A stretch of DNA of 64,000 bases from an uncultured Acholeplasmatales bacterium (GTDB taxonomy: Bacteria; Bacillota_I; Bacilli_A; Acholeplasmatales; Anaeroplasmataceae): assembly GCA_944324705.1 (NCBI GenBank), contig CALUXI010000005.1:7288-71287 (forward strand), written 5' to 3'. A program made the translations under genes and the position numbers. Below, piece by piece: positions 1 to 8,315 of the stretch. The notes under the pieces were generated by a model. That model saw only the letters and a list, made by a program, of their open reading frames with translations. It was not told where the DNA came from and ran no database searches. Every line of letters begins with the position of its first letter. Positions within the stretch are counted from its first letter, which is position 1.

Positions 1-254
1 TTCAAAGAATTCACAGCAAAAGCTCTAACAATTTTAGGATAATACTTATTAAAAAACTCTTTTACAATTTCATTACAATCTTCCCTTATGAAATATATGG
101 TGACAAAGGTTAATCTAACGTTTTATTATGTACAACAAAAAGCCGTTACTTTTCTTTTATAACAACTTTTTGCAAACCATTCTACAAATACTCTTTCTAC
201 ATAAAAACAGTGTTTGTGATAATTAACCCTAGTAGATTTACGCTTTATATCATT

Positions 255-599
255 CTATTCATTATTATTCTGATTCTCTTCTGGATTTTGCTTATCTTTA
301 TTTAGTAATAATACTATAAATTTAATCGTATTATTTAAAGCAATTAATATGTAAATTATCCCAAATATTATAGCACCAAAATCTACATAAGATTCATAAG
401 CAACAAGTTGAGCATGACCTGAAGTGTTTTGATGATTTAATGTTGCTGTACAATCAACTGTAAAATATACAATGCTAATAAATAGTACTATAGCAATAAA
501 TACGATTGTCGAAAAACTATATTTTTCAATACTATTATTTTTAAGTTTAGTAACTCCTCGTATATATTCCCATATATAAGATTCGCTCCAATATTTCAT
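255..599 (-). CDS. hypothetical small membrane protein (114 aa)
   Basis: ORF-track ORF with two long hydrophobic stretches. No family recognised. Lies between two diverged copies of the tRNA-Lys 3' flank. Confidence 0.35.
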   Translation of the reverse strand: MKYWSESYIWEYIRGVTKLKNNSIEKYSFSTIVFIAIVLFISIVYFTVDCTATLNHQNTSGHAQLVAYESYVDFGAIIFGIIYILIALNNTIKFIVLLLNKDKQNPEENQNNNE

Positions 600-832
600 A
601 TAGGTATTATTCCTACTCGAACTACTTCGGAAACTGCAATGTATCTGTAAATAAATTATAGCATAATTACGTATTTTTGTAAAACTAGATTGAATATAAT
701 AATTAACTCTTAAAAAGCAAAAAAGTCGCTACTTTTTTTATTAGTAACGACCTTGATTTTATTTATTTTTTAACGAAACCCATTGTGCAAAGTAACCTTC
801 TCATAAAAAACGGTGTTCGTAATAATTAACTT

Positions 833-908
833 TGGTGGACCCTAAGAGACTCGAACTCTTGACCCACTGATTAAGAGTCAGTTGCTCTACCAACTGAGCT
901 AAGGGTCC
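833..908 (-). tRNA. tRNA-Lys (anticodon CTT)
   Basis: Reverse complement folds as a cloverleaf: acceptor GGACCCT/AGGGTCC, anticodon stem ACTGA/TCAGT with loop CTCTTAA, T-arm AAGAG-TTCGAGT-CTCTT, encoded CCA. Confidence 0.9.
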
Positions 909-1385
909 ATAAACTTGCGAGAGTTATTATACCAAAAATATTCTCTTAATACAAGTTTTTTATTTATTTTCATAAAAATTTAAAAATGTTTAAAAATCTA
1001 TTAATGGTTGTTTTGGTCATGCTAATAAATTAAAAAAACCTAAGCCTATTATTTCTAATAAAATAAAAGATAAAATCATTACTATTTATAATTGTTTACT
1101 AAGAATTGTTATAATTTAAAAGTATCTGGCCACTAAAGAAAAAATAGGCACTCAATTTATGCATAAATAGTTAGGCATATTCTTCTATCTAGCAAAAGAA
1201 AAAACTTCTAAAGTTTTTGATGCAAATCAAATCCCTCAAAAGTCTAAGTCTATATATAGTATCTATTAATAATCTATGGAAATGAAAGGTATTTATGAAG
1301 TATTTAAACACTATTAGAAATTAATAAAATAAAGCTAATGTTTAAAATATTCAATATATATTTGCAAAATATATTTGCAAAAAAC

Positions 1386-1841
1386 CTAATCTAAATCTTT
1401 TAATATTTCTTCTACGTGTTTATCAGGTTTAACCTTATCATATATCTTTAAAATTAAACCTTCTTCAGATACTAAATAAGTCATCCTAATAGTTCCCATA
1501 TAAGTTTTACCATACATCTTTTTTTCACCATAAGCACAATAAGCCTCAATTACTTGATGATTAGGGTCAGACAATAAAATAAATGGTAAACCATACTTAT
1601 TTTTAAACTTAATATGACTGTTTACACTATCTTTACTAATACCAATAACAACAACATTTTTACTTCTTAAGCTATCATAATTGTCTCTAAAACTACAAGC
1701 TTCTTTTGTACAACCAGAAGTATCATCTTTAGGATAAAAATAAATTATTACTTTATTACCTTTAAAATCACTTAAAGAAACAACATTTCCATCACTATCT
1801 AATAAAGTGAAATTTGGGGCTACATCACCATTTTTTAACAT
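1386..1841 (-). CDS. bcp: thioredoxin-dependent thiol peroxidase (peroxiredoxin Bcp, AhpC/TSA family)
   Basis: 151 aa with the motif YFYPKDDTSGCTKEACSFRD, typical of Bcp-type peroxiredoxins. Confidence 0.85.
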   Translation of the reverse strand: MLKNGDVAPNFTLLDSDGNVVSLSDFKGNKVIIYFYPKDDTSGCTKEACSFRDNYDSLRSKNVVVIGISKDSVNSHIKFKNKYGLPFILLSDPNHQVIEAYCAYGEKKMYGKTYMGTIRMTYLVSEEGLILKIYDKVKPDKHVEEILKDLD

Positions 1842-1846
1842 CTTTT

Positions 1847-2584
1847 CTACCTCACATAAAATTTTAAACTTTCTAAAAAATCATTTAATAAATATTCTTT
1901 TAAATTTTCCTTACCTGCTTTTAATGTAGCATAATATTTAGCTCTATCTTTAACTTCAAACAATAATGGAATTAATCTTAATCTTAATAAAACATAATTT
2001 ATCAATAGTCTAGCTACCGCTTCACTACCAATATTAAATGGTTCATATCTAACAAATTTAAGACTTAGTTCAGCAAGACAATCAAATAATAAATCAAAAT
2101 CTAATTGTTCTTTTTGTTGAAAAATCAAATTTTCTAATTCGTTAAATAATTCATTTAATTTATCTTCTAAATAACGTGCTTCAATAACCATATCATCATC
2201 TAAATAAGTATAATCATTTGTCCTAAACTCAAAATCACCAGGAATAATTAAATTATGAATTTTTTTAATTAATTTAACAGTAATAACATCATCTTTTAAA
2301 GCTTTTAAATAAATAAAGTCTAAAGCTCTCTTAGTAGAAACTACTTCTTCATGACAAGTATAAGAATGATTTTTAAATACTTTATTTTCTTCTATTAATT
2401 CTCTTATTTCTTTTAATACAAATGTATTATTATTTAATAAACAACTATTGCTTATATAATACGGCATATATTCTATGTATTTTAAATAATACTTATCCTC
2501 ATCATATTTTTTAGTTTTTAGTTTCTTATATTTTAATTCTATTTCTTCTAATAGTTCTAATGCCATAACATTCACCTTAGTCAA
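1847..2584 (-). CDS. Fic/DOC-like protein with degenerate active-site motif
   Basis: 245 aa. EPFNIGSEAVARLLINYVLL sits where the Fic motif HPFxxGNGRxxRLL is expected, but the His, Asn and first Arg are replaced. Confidence 0.4.
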   Translation of the reverse strand: MTKVNVMALELLEEIELKYKKLKTKKYDEDKYYLKYIEYMPYYISNSCLLNNNTFVLKEIRELIEENKVFKNHSYTCHEEVVSTKRALDFIYLKALKDDVITVKLIKKIHNLIIPGDFEFRTNDYTYLDDDMVIEARYLEDKLNELFNELENLIFQQKEQLDFDLLFDCLAELSLKFVRYEPFNIGSEAVARLLINYVLLRLRLIPLLFEVKDRAKYYATLKAGKENLKEYLLNDFLESLKFYVR

Positions 2585-2640
2585 TATTTTCTTTAATAAT
2601 TATACATCTAATTAATGAATCTTTCTATATTCTTTTATAT

Positions 2641-3152
2641 TTACTTATCTAAATCTTTTTCAATAAAATGAATTTCACTCTCATTCCAATATTTATTGAA
2701 CACTTTATTATCAGTAACATTTAAATTCAAATAATATAACCTAAATGCAACTAAAAAATTCTTAGGCATCCGTCTTTCAAGATAAGAGTAACAATAATGC
2801 ATCCAAATTTCCAACATAACTTTTCCACTTTTGGGATTATTAATATCATGAGTAGCTGTTATATAGTTGATTTTTTTATTTTAAGTTTCAAAATAAAAGC
2901 TTTGGCTGCTTCTTGCATAATCCCCTTATGCCAATATTCACTTTTAAGGGCATAACCTAAGTCATGTGAATCATCACCATTCATATTAATGTAACCAATT
3001 GGAATATTATCTTCTTTAAGACATATTGCGTAATAATAACCTCCTCTTTGCCATTCAAATTCAATGTACTTTGTATAAAATTTTTCTACATCATCAATTG
3101 TTTTTAAAGGAAACCAAGGAAGGAAAGTATTCGTCTTTTCATCAAAGGGCAA
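2641..3152 (-). pseudogene. GNAT (RimJ/RimL-like) N-acetyltransferase, frameshifted and N-terminally truncated
   Basis: The ORF ends at ..AAKAFILKLKIKKSTI*. The GNAT sequence continues in another frame (INYITATHDINNPKSGKVML...) right after the A7/T7 run at 2871-2877. The usual N-terminal ~30 aa are missing. Confidence 0.6.
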
Positions 3153-3238
3153 ATTGGTAGATTTTTAACACCATACTCCTTTGCTAATTCCTCTTGATAT
3201 GTTGTTTTAAGGATAGTAATTTTACATTTATTCATCAT
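3104..3238 (-). pseudogene. short N-terminal fragment of an unrelated gene (TIGR04076-like, from memory)
   Basis: MMNKCKITILKTTYQEELAKEYGVKNLPICP..., then out-of-frame overlap with the GNAT remnant. The family call is recollection only. Confidence 0.3.
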
Positions 3239-3475
3239 AATCATTCACCCAACCTGACTATACTTAATAATAAAATAAAAAATATGAAAATTCAATGAAT
3301 AGGTTAAGAGATATAAAAAATGATACTTATTGAAGACTAAATTAATTGTTTCTATACACATAAAAAGAGTAATCTCAGCTTATGTATGCTTTATTGATTA
3401 CCCCTAATATTTCACAATATTTAGTTTTTTTGTTTATTATTTACTTAATACATTTTAATTATGTTAATAATAATA

Positions 3476-3730
3476 TTAATACCAATCATGTTTCTCATTT
3501 CTATCGAGTTTTGCAATTTTGTTCATTTCTTCCTCGGTTAAATTAAAATCGAATACCGAAATATTTTCCTTAATATGTTCAGGATTGTTTGAACCAGGAA
3601 TAGCAATTTTAGCAAACATTCTTTTGATGTTTTCTTGTTCAAAAAGAGAATTTCTCTCCATAAAAAAGCCTCCTAAAAATAGATTTTGAGAAACGCTTGC
3701 CTTCTTTCTCTTATTGACTATAAGGAGCAT
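3476..3730 (-). pseudogene. C-terminal remnant of an aldo/keto reductase
   Basis: The last ~40 aa (IPGSNNPEHIKENISVFDFNLTEEEMNKIAKLDRNEK) match the conserved AKR C-terminus. The catalytic body is absent. Confidence 0.55.
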
Positions 3731-4013
3731 ATATAGTTTTAAAGGAAATTAATTTTTATTTCTAGCTATTTTATCACTTTTAAGTATTTTTTATTCGAAT
3801 ATATTATTATACAATTTCATATACTATTACTTCTCAAATAGCTTATAAATTACTATTTAATTTAAACTTTCTTTTTATGTTTTTATAATTGTTAAAATTA
3901 AATTTAATCCAATTTTGTAAATATTAGGAAAAATTATCACAACAAAAAATAGTGGTTTACTCAGACATGATTTTGAATAATAACCAAGTTATGAGTAAAA
4001 GCGTAACAAAAAA

Positions 4014-4099
4014 TAACATTTTTTCTTATTCTGAGTAAATCAAAGAAACAAAAAAAGCCTTTAATAAGGCTGTAATTACAAAGTGGCGGAGCAGGAGGG
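4014..4099. repeat. attL: displaced copy of the tRNA-Ser 3' end plus its downstream terminator
   Basis: Identical to 38363-38448 except for 1 mismatch (G/A). Ends in TGGCGGAGCAGGAGGG, the last 16 nt of the tRNA including CCA. Confidence 0.85.
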
Positions 4100-4230
4100 T
4101 ATTACTCACATATAACTTTTAGCTTAGGTAACATAAAAAATGCCTATTTTCGTGAGTTAACTTAGCTTTTTAGGTATTTTTTGAGTATTTCTTAGATTGA
4201 CAAAGCATTTAAAAAAAGTATAATTATAGT

Positions 4231-4295
4231 AGAGAGAAATCTCGGTATAAGTGAGTTAAAAAAAGAAAAGGTTAGGGCTCAATCCTAACTTTTTT
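4231..4295 (+). ncRNA. candidate small RNA 1 (orphan paralog of sRNA 2)
   Basis: TTGACA (4197-4202), 16-nt spacer, TATAAT (4219-4224). No ORF. Terminator GTTAGG-loop-CCTAAC (4271-4289) plus T6. Shares AGTAGAGA, GTGAGTTAA and AAAAAGAAAA blocks with sRNA 2. Confidence 0.4.
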
Positions 4296-4334
4296 GCATA
4301 TTGACAAAAAATATTAATTAGGTATAATTTAAGT

Positions 4335-4418
4335 AGAGAAAGCCCATTGCTTGTCTCTAGCGTGTTAAGTTGCTAATCATTAAAAAGAAAACCCTAGGAT
4401 GGCTGTCCTAGGGTTTTC
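4335..4418 (+). ncRNA. candidate antitoxin small RNA 2, convergent with the 34-aa peptide gene
   Basis: TTGACA (4301-4306), 16-nt spacer, TATAAT (4323-4328). No ORF. Ends at hairpin CCCTAGGA/TCCTAGGG (4392-4413), which has U-runs on both strands. Confidence 0.5.
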
Positions 4419-4444
4419 ACTATTTTGGAGGCGTGTTAAGTTTG

Positions 4445-4549
4445 CTATTCTTCTTTTTGTTTAGAAGACTTGCTATTAGTAATTAAAGCTATTATGATCG
4501 GTAAAACCATAGCATATAGCCCCAATACCAATAAAACAAGATATTCCAT
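4445..4549 (-). CDS. 34-aa hydrophobic peptide, type I toxin-like (Fst/Ldr-like architecture)
   Basis: Below the ORF-track cutoff. ATG sits 10 nt after AAGGAG. Product is MEYLVLLVLGLYAMVLPIIIALITNSKSSKQKEE: one TM helix with a central Pro and a charged tail. Confidence 0.55.
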   Translation of the reverse strand: MEYLVLLVLGLYAMVLPIIIALITNSKSSKQKEE

Positions 4550-4631
4550 ATATAGGAAACTCCTTGTTAAAACATAACAACACCTGCAAAATAGCCTATG
4601 CTGTTATTCACATACAACGCCTCCGATACAT

Positions 4632-4660
4632 ATTATACTATAAACAACCTTTTAAAGTAA
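4632..4660 (-). promoter_or_regulatory. promoter of the peptide gene
   Basis: On the minus strand: TTACTT (4655-4660), 17-nt spacer, TATAAT (4632-4637), then a ~75-nt leader. Confidence 0.4.
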
Positions 4661-4693
4661 ATAAAAATAGGGCTAGCCGATTTGGCTAGCCTT
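4661..4693 (-). terminator. intrinsic terminator after the 307-aa gene
   Basis: GGCTAGCC-GATTT-GGCTAGCC hairpin overlapping the stop codon, followed by a T-run on the minus strand. Confidence 0.5.
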
Positions 4694-5596
4694 TTCAATA
4701 TTTGCACCTATCTTGCTATAGGTTTCTTTTATTATTTGTATACGCTCATCTAAAACGAATTTATAGTCATTAATAATAATTTTATTACCATTTCTAAATC
4801 CACTATATACTCCATTAGCTAAGGAAAAAGATAGTGTTAAAGCATTCATAATTGATTGAACTGTGTTAAAATTAGTTCCTATGTAAAAACAAGCTAAACA
4901 GTATGAAATAATTAAAGATATTATCATAAATGGTAAGTTATAGGAAAGATTAGTTTTAACTGCACTATAATAAATATTGTCAAAACTATCACCAGATTTA
5001 TTCTTATTATAATTTCTAAATACATCACTAGAAGTTAAATATTTTTGTTTAATCTTATCGATATCTAAAAATTTAAACTCTTTATCTGCATCATCATATT
5101 CTTTATATTTATTATTTTTAAGCAAGTTCTTTAATTCAATTACTTTCGTGGTATCTTCTTCTATCATTGTAAGATAATTAGCTATTCTAGGGCTTGCTGT
5201 TCTTTTTTGCCTTTTGAATTTATTGTATTTATACTTATACTGATTTAGTTTTAACAATGCTTTATCAAATCTTTTAAACTCACTCTCATAAAATAACACT
5301 TCATCAAATTTACTCATTTGATTTCTATTTAATATTTCACAGAATAAATTAACTATTGTTTTTTCACGTGTTGATATTTCATCGTTTAACATTGTTTTTT
5401 TACTAGAATATTGAGTAGATAAAACTTTAGCAAAAAAGCTGATACAGAAGTTAAGAATGAAAATATCATATTTGATTTTCGTAAATTCAAATTGAACGCT
5501 TAATAATTGAGTAAATAATACAATTGCTTCTAATGCTAGGACTTCAAGTATAAATATTATATCATCTTGATAATTCTTAATTTTATTTTTTATCAT
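4673..5596 (-). CDS. hypothetical membrane protein (307 aa)
   Basis: Hydrophobic helices at both ends and a Lys-rich middle. Located at the prophage end between the tail/lysis region and attL. Confidence 0.4.
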   Translation of the reverse strand: MIKNKIKNYQDDIIFILEVLALEAIVLFTQLLSVQFEFTKIKYDIFILNFCISFFAKVLSTQYSSKKTMLNDEISTREKTIVNLFCEILNRNQMSKFDEVLFYESEFKRFDKALLKLNQYKYKYNKFKRQKRTASPRIANYLTMIEEDTTKVIELKNLLKNNKYKEYDDADKEFKFLDIDKIKQKYLTSSDVFRNYNKNKSGDSFDNIYYSAVKTNLSYNLPFMIISLIISYCLACFYIGTNFNTVQSIMNALTLSFSLANGVYSGFRNGNKIIINDYKFVLDERIQIIKETYSKIGANIEKASQIG

Positions 5597-6063
5597 TATT
5601 TAAGCTCCTCTTTGACCCGTTTATATTTAGTTTTATAAGACCATCTAGGAAGAGGATTTATAACAATACCGCAAGCCACACTAACAAAAGACCACTGCAA
5701 TATATATTGTATTTTTTCTATGTTGTTGTTTATGCAGACACAACCTAAATAAGCTAAGCCAATCCAAACTAAACATTTTCTAAACCCGTTTAAACACTGG
5801 ATTATAAAAGAGTATTCAAAAGCATTTATAATATAACCAAGTAAAACATAAAGGGCTATAGCTCCAACTAATAAAGCTATAAGCCCCCAAGCGTTAAAAT
5901 CAATTCCACCGGTATCACGGCTAAACAATATAAATTTCTGGTTAATTAAAATAATAGGAACAACTGCAACCAAAACAACCCAAGCTAATAAACGAGGTAT
6001 AAATAATGCCTTGCTGTTCCATATTTTAACCCACTTATTAAAGGCTTTTTTCATTAATATCAA
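5596..6063 (-). CDS. hypothetical polytopic membrane protein (about 4 TM)
   Basis: 155 aa, mostly hydrophobic. Its stop overlaps the start of the next gene. Confidence 0.4.
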   Translation of the reverse strand: MILMKKAFNKWVKIWNSKALFIPRLLAWVVLVAVVPIILINQKFILFSRDTGGIDFNAWGLIALLVGAIALYVLLGYIINAFEYSFIIQCLNGFRKCLVWIGLAYLGCVCINNNIEKIQYILQWSFVSVACGIVINPLPRWSYKTKYKRVKEELK

Positions 6064-6071
6064 AGCCCCCT

Positions 6072-6695
6072 TTATAAGCTAATTTTAAGCCCATTTAAGC
6101 CCGTTTTATCTTCACTTGATAAATTATTAACATCATCAGTTTTTAAGCTATTTAGGGCAGTTTCTAGCCCCTCAACCTTAGTTTTAGTTTCCTCATTTCG
6201 TTTAATTTCTTCTTGTTCTTTTAATATGCGGTTATACTCGATATTTTTATTGTCTTCATTAACTTGATTAACTATATTTGTAGCTATAGTATTGTCAGCT
6301 TTTGGCAATTCTTTATACTTATTAGCTATCTTAACTATTTCATCATTTGAAAAGCCCATCTTGCTAGAAAGCATTAATAATAACTCGCTTATAATAGCAT
6401 TATCTTTACCATAAGTTGAGACTGTTTCTTTTGTCGCATCATTTGAATTATTTATTTTTTCTTCAAACTCTTTCATTAAACTCATAATATAATCATAGTT
6501 TTCTTTATTAGCCGTGTTAACACTATTAATTAAAGTCTTACTTTGTATTTTAGATTTAATTATAGTAATAATAGCCCCTATAATAGTTCCAGTTCCTATA
6601 GTGCCAACAATACCCAAAATCCAAGCTAGCCCCTCACTGCAATTTGTGGCTAAAGTTTTTAAAAACTCAGCAATGTTTACAGCTAAAAACATCAT
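6072..6695 (-). CDS. membrane-anchored coiled-coil protein (holin-like position)
   Basis: N-terminal TM (GIVGTIGTGTIIGAIITII), then a charged coiled-coil. Lies downstream of the tail fibre genes. Confidence 0.35.
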   Translation of the reverse strand: MMFLAVNIAEFLKTLATNCSEGLAWILGIVGTIGTGTIIGAIITIIKSKIQSKTLINSVNTANKENYDYIMSLMKEFEEKINNSNDATKETVSTYGKDNAIISELLLMLSSKMGFSNDEIVKIANKYKELPKADNTIATNIVNQVNEDNKNIEYNRILKEQEEIKRNEETKTKVEGLETALNSLKTDDVNNLSSEDKTGLNGLKISL

Positions 6696-6697
6696 TT

Positions 6698-6982
6698 TTA
6701 TAAGCCCCTTTCATTTATATTTTTAATTAAATCAATTAGTTTATTAAACTTAATCTTTAACTCATCATTTTCTTTTTTTAAGTCAGCGATATTACTTTCT
6801 AATAATTGAAAATAATCGCCTAGTGTAGTCCCTTTATTGAATCCTTTTTTTTCGGGTTCTACAATTTCTAAATTAAACAAATCTATATATTCGCTCTTTC
6901 TATATTTAGGGTCAACCATAACTAAAACCCCGTTTTTAAGCGGGGTCTTAAATATTTGTCTTTTATCATTTGTATTATACAT
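6698..6982 (-). CDS. hypothetical phage protein (94 aa)
   Basis: Compactly spaced ORF with a C-terminal coiled-coil. Confidence 0.35.
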   Translation of the reverse strand: MYNTNDKRQIFKTPLKNGVLVMVDPKYRKSEYIDLFNLEIVEPEKKGFNKGTTLGDYFQLLESNIADLKKENDELKIKFNKLIDLIKNINERGL

Positions 6983-6990
6983 AATAACTC

Positions 6991-7383
6991 CTATAAATAA
7001 TAAGCAATTTTAGGTGGTATAGCTTCTTTGGTATTTAAAGTTTGTGTATTTAAATCTAATAAATTTTTATACCATTCTAAAATAGCCTTATGTTCTTCTT
7101 CCGTTTCAGTAACTATACCATAAAGAACGTTTATTTTATAAACATCATACGCTTTTAATAAAGGTTCACGCAAAGAACGTAAGTAATTTAATTTATCTTC
7201 TTGTAAACGTGTTTTCAATTCGACACTTGTTTCTAAATGAACTACTTTACCATTAACAACGCTATATTCACAATTTAAAACATCACTAGGCAAATCATTT
7301 AATTCAAATTTTTCATTTTCATTAATTATTTCAGGTCTAATCCCAATAATTCTATCATAACGTTTTTTAAAATTAACTAACAT
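6991..7383 (-). CDS. hypothetical phage protein (130 aa), possibly a tail-fibre accessory protein
   Basis: Called only from its position immediately after the fibre genes. Confidence 0.3.
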   Translation of the reverse strand: MLVNFKKRYDRIIGIRPEIINENEKFELNDLPSDVLNCEYSVVNGKVVHLETSVELKTRLQEDKLNYLRSLREPLLKAYDVYKINVLYGIVTETEEEHKAILEWYKNLLDLNTQTLNTKEAIPPKIAYYL

Positions 7384-7398
7384 AATTTACCTCCAATT

Positions 7399-8307
7399 CT
7401 AAATCCATTTAGCACTTATAAAATTAAAATCTCTAATATATGCATTATCCAAAAGATAGGTATAGGTTGGCGTATCTATTACAATCTCATCAGTATCATA
7501 CGATAATAGACAATCGGCACTATCATCGTTTAAAGCATCTACGCCTGTTTTATAAAAAACTTTTAAGATTTTATTATTACGATATAAATTCCTAAATATT
7601 TCTACGCTTGTTATTAATGTATTTGTTAAAGTATAAATTACAAAATACGTATTATAACTGTTTTTTTGAAGCTTAACGGTTACTTCTTGAACAAATATAT
7701 TAGCGCCACCACTGCCAACTTTACTATTAACATATTCTTCGGTTGCCATTCTTACAAAATCGCCATTAGGTTCTGAACCATAACCATATCGAATATCTAA
7801 TTTTGGACCATTATCATCACTAACTTTTATTTGACATTCACTGCCACCATCAGTACCTTTTAAATTAAGCAACATATGGTTAAGACCACCATACGTGCTA
7901 GGTCTAACGCTACATTCACCCATATAGTTATCATCACTATCACTAACTTCTGATTGTTTTTTTAAATAATTGTTTAAATCATTAGTGCTAGCTATCGCAA
8001 CCCAACCTTGCCAAGTGCCACTTGAATTACCAACTGCATTACCAGTTCTTAAAAACATACGTGAGTCTTGATAAGGGAAACATAACTGGGCTATTGTATC
8101 ATCAGCACCCCTAACTACTAATAATTGTCCGAAAGAACCCGCTCCATCAGGTCCATTTGTAATAGAACTGTTATAGCGATACATTCCACCTTCAGTAACA
8201 TCATTAAAATTAGCATTTTCACCTAGCTTAGCCTTTTTAACAAACATTGACTTTATCTTATTCCATAATGTAGTAACTCCTGCTTTATCTAAAAATTGTT
8301 TAGCCAT
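7399..8307 (-). CDS. tail fibre / receptor-binding protein (paralog 2)
   Basis: N-terminus MAKQFLDKAGVTTLWNKIK is shared with the upstream gene. ATG at 8307 follows AGGTGA; the ORF-track start at 8325 is unlikely. Confidence 0.55.
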   Translation of the reverse strand: MAKQFLDKAGVTTLWNKIKSMFVKKAKLGENANFNDVTEGGMYRYNSSITNGPDGAGSFGQLLVVRGADDTIAQLCFPYQDSRMFLRTGNAVGNSSGTWQGWVAIASTNDLNNYLKKQSEVSDSDDNYMGECSVRPSTYGGLNHMLLNLKGTDGGSECQIKVSDDNGPKLDIRYGYGSEPNGDFVRMATEEYVNSKVGSGGANIFVQEVTVKLQKNSYNTYFVIYTLTNTLITSVEIFRNLYRNNKILKVFYKTGVDALNDDSADCLLSYDTDEIVIDTPTYTYLLDNAYIRDFNFISAKWI

Positions 8308-8315
8308 AGCATCAC

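Noticed and set aside
1-130. Open minus-strand frame running off the left edge (..TFVTIYFIREDCNEIVKEFFNKYYPKIVRAFAVNSL..)
   Set aside because: No start codon within the window and no family recognised; too little sequence to call.
603-660. tRNA-like fragment (..GTAGTTCGAGTAGGAAT.. on the minus strand)
   Set aside because: The T-loop-like TTCGAGT has no complementary T-stem or acceptor arm.
1356-1381. Exact tandem duplication ATATATTTGCAAA x2 just downstream of bcp
   Set aside because: Real but only two copies of 13 bp in AT-rich intergenic DNA; most simply replication slippage. No hairpin or promoter context.
6514-6726. 70-aa plus-strand ORF
   Set aside because: Antisense to a well-supported phage gene; low-complexity hydrophobic translation typical of AT-rich antisense frames; no RBS.
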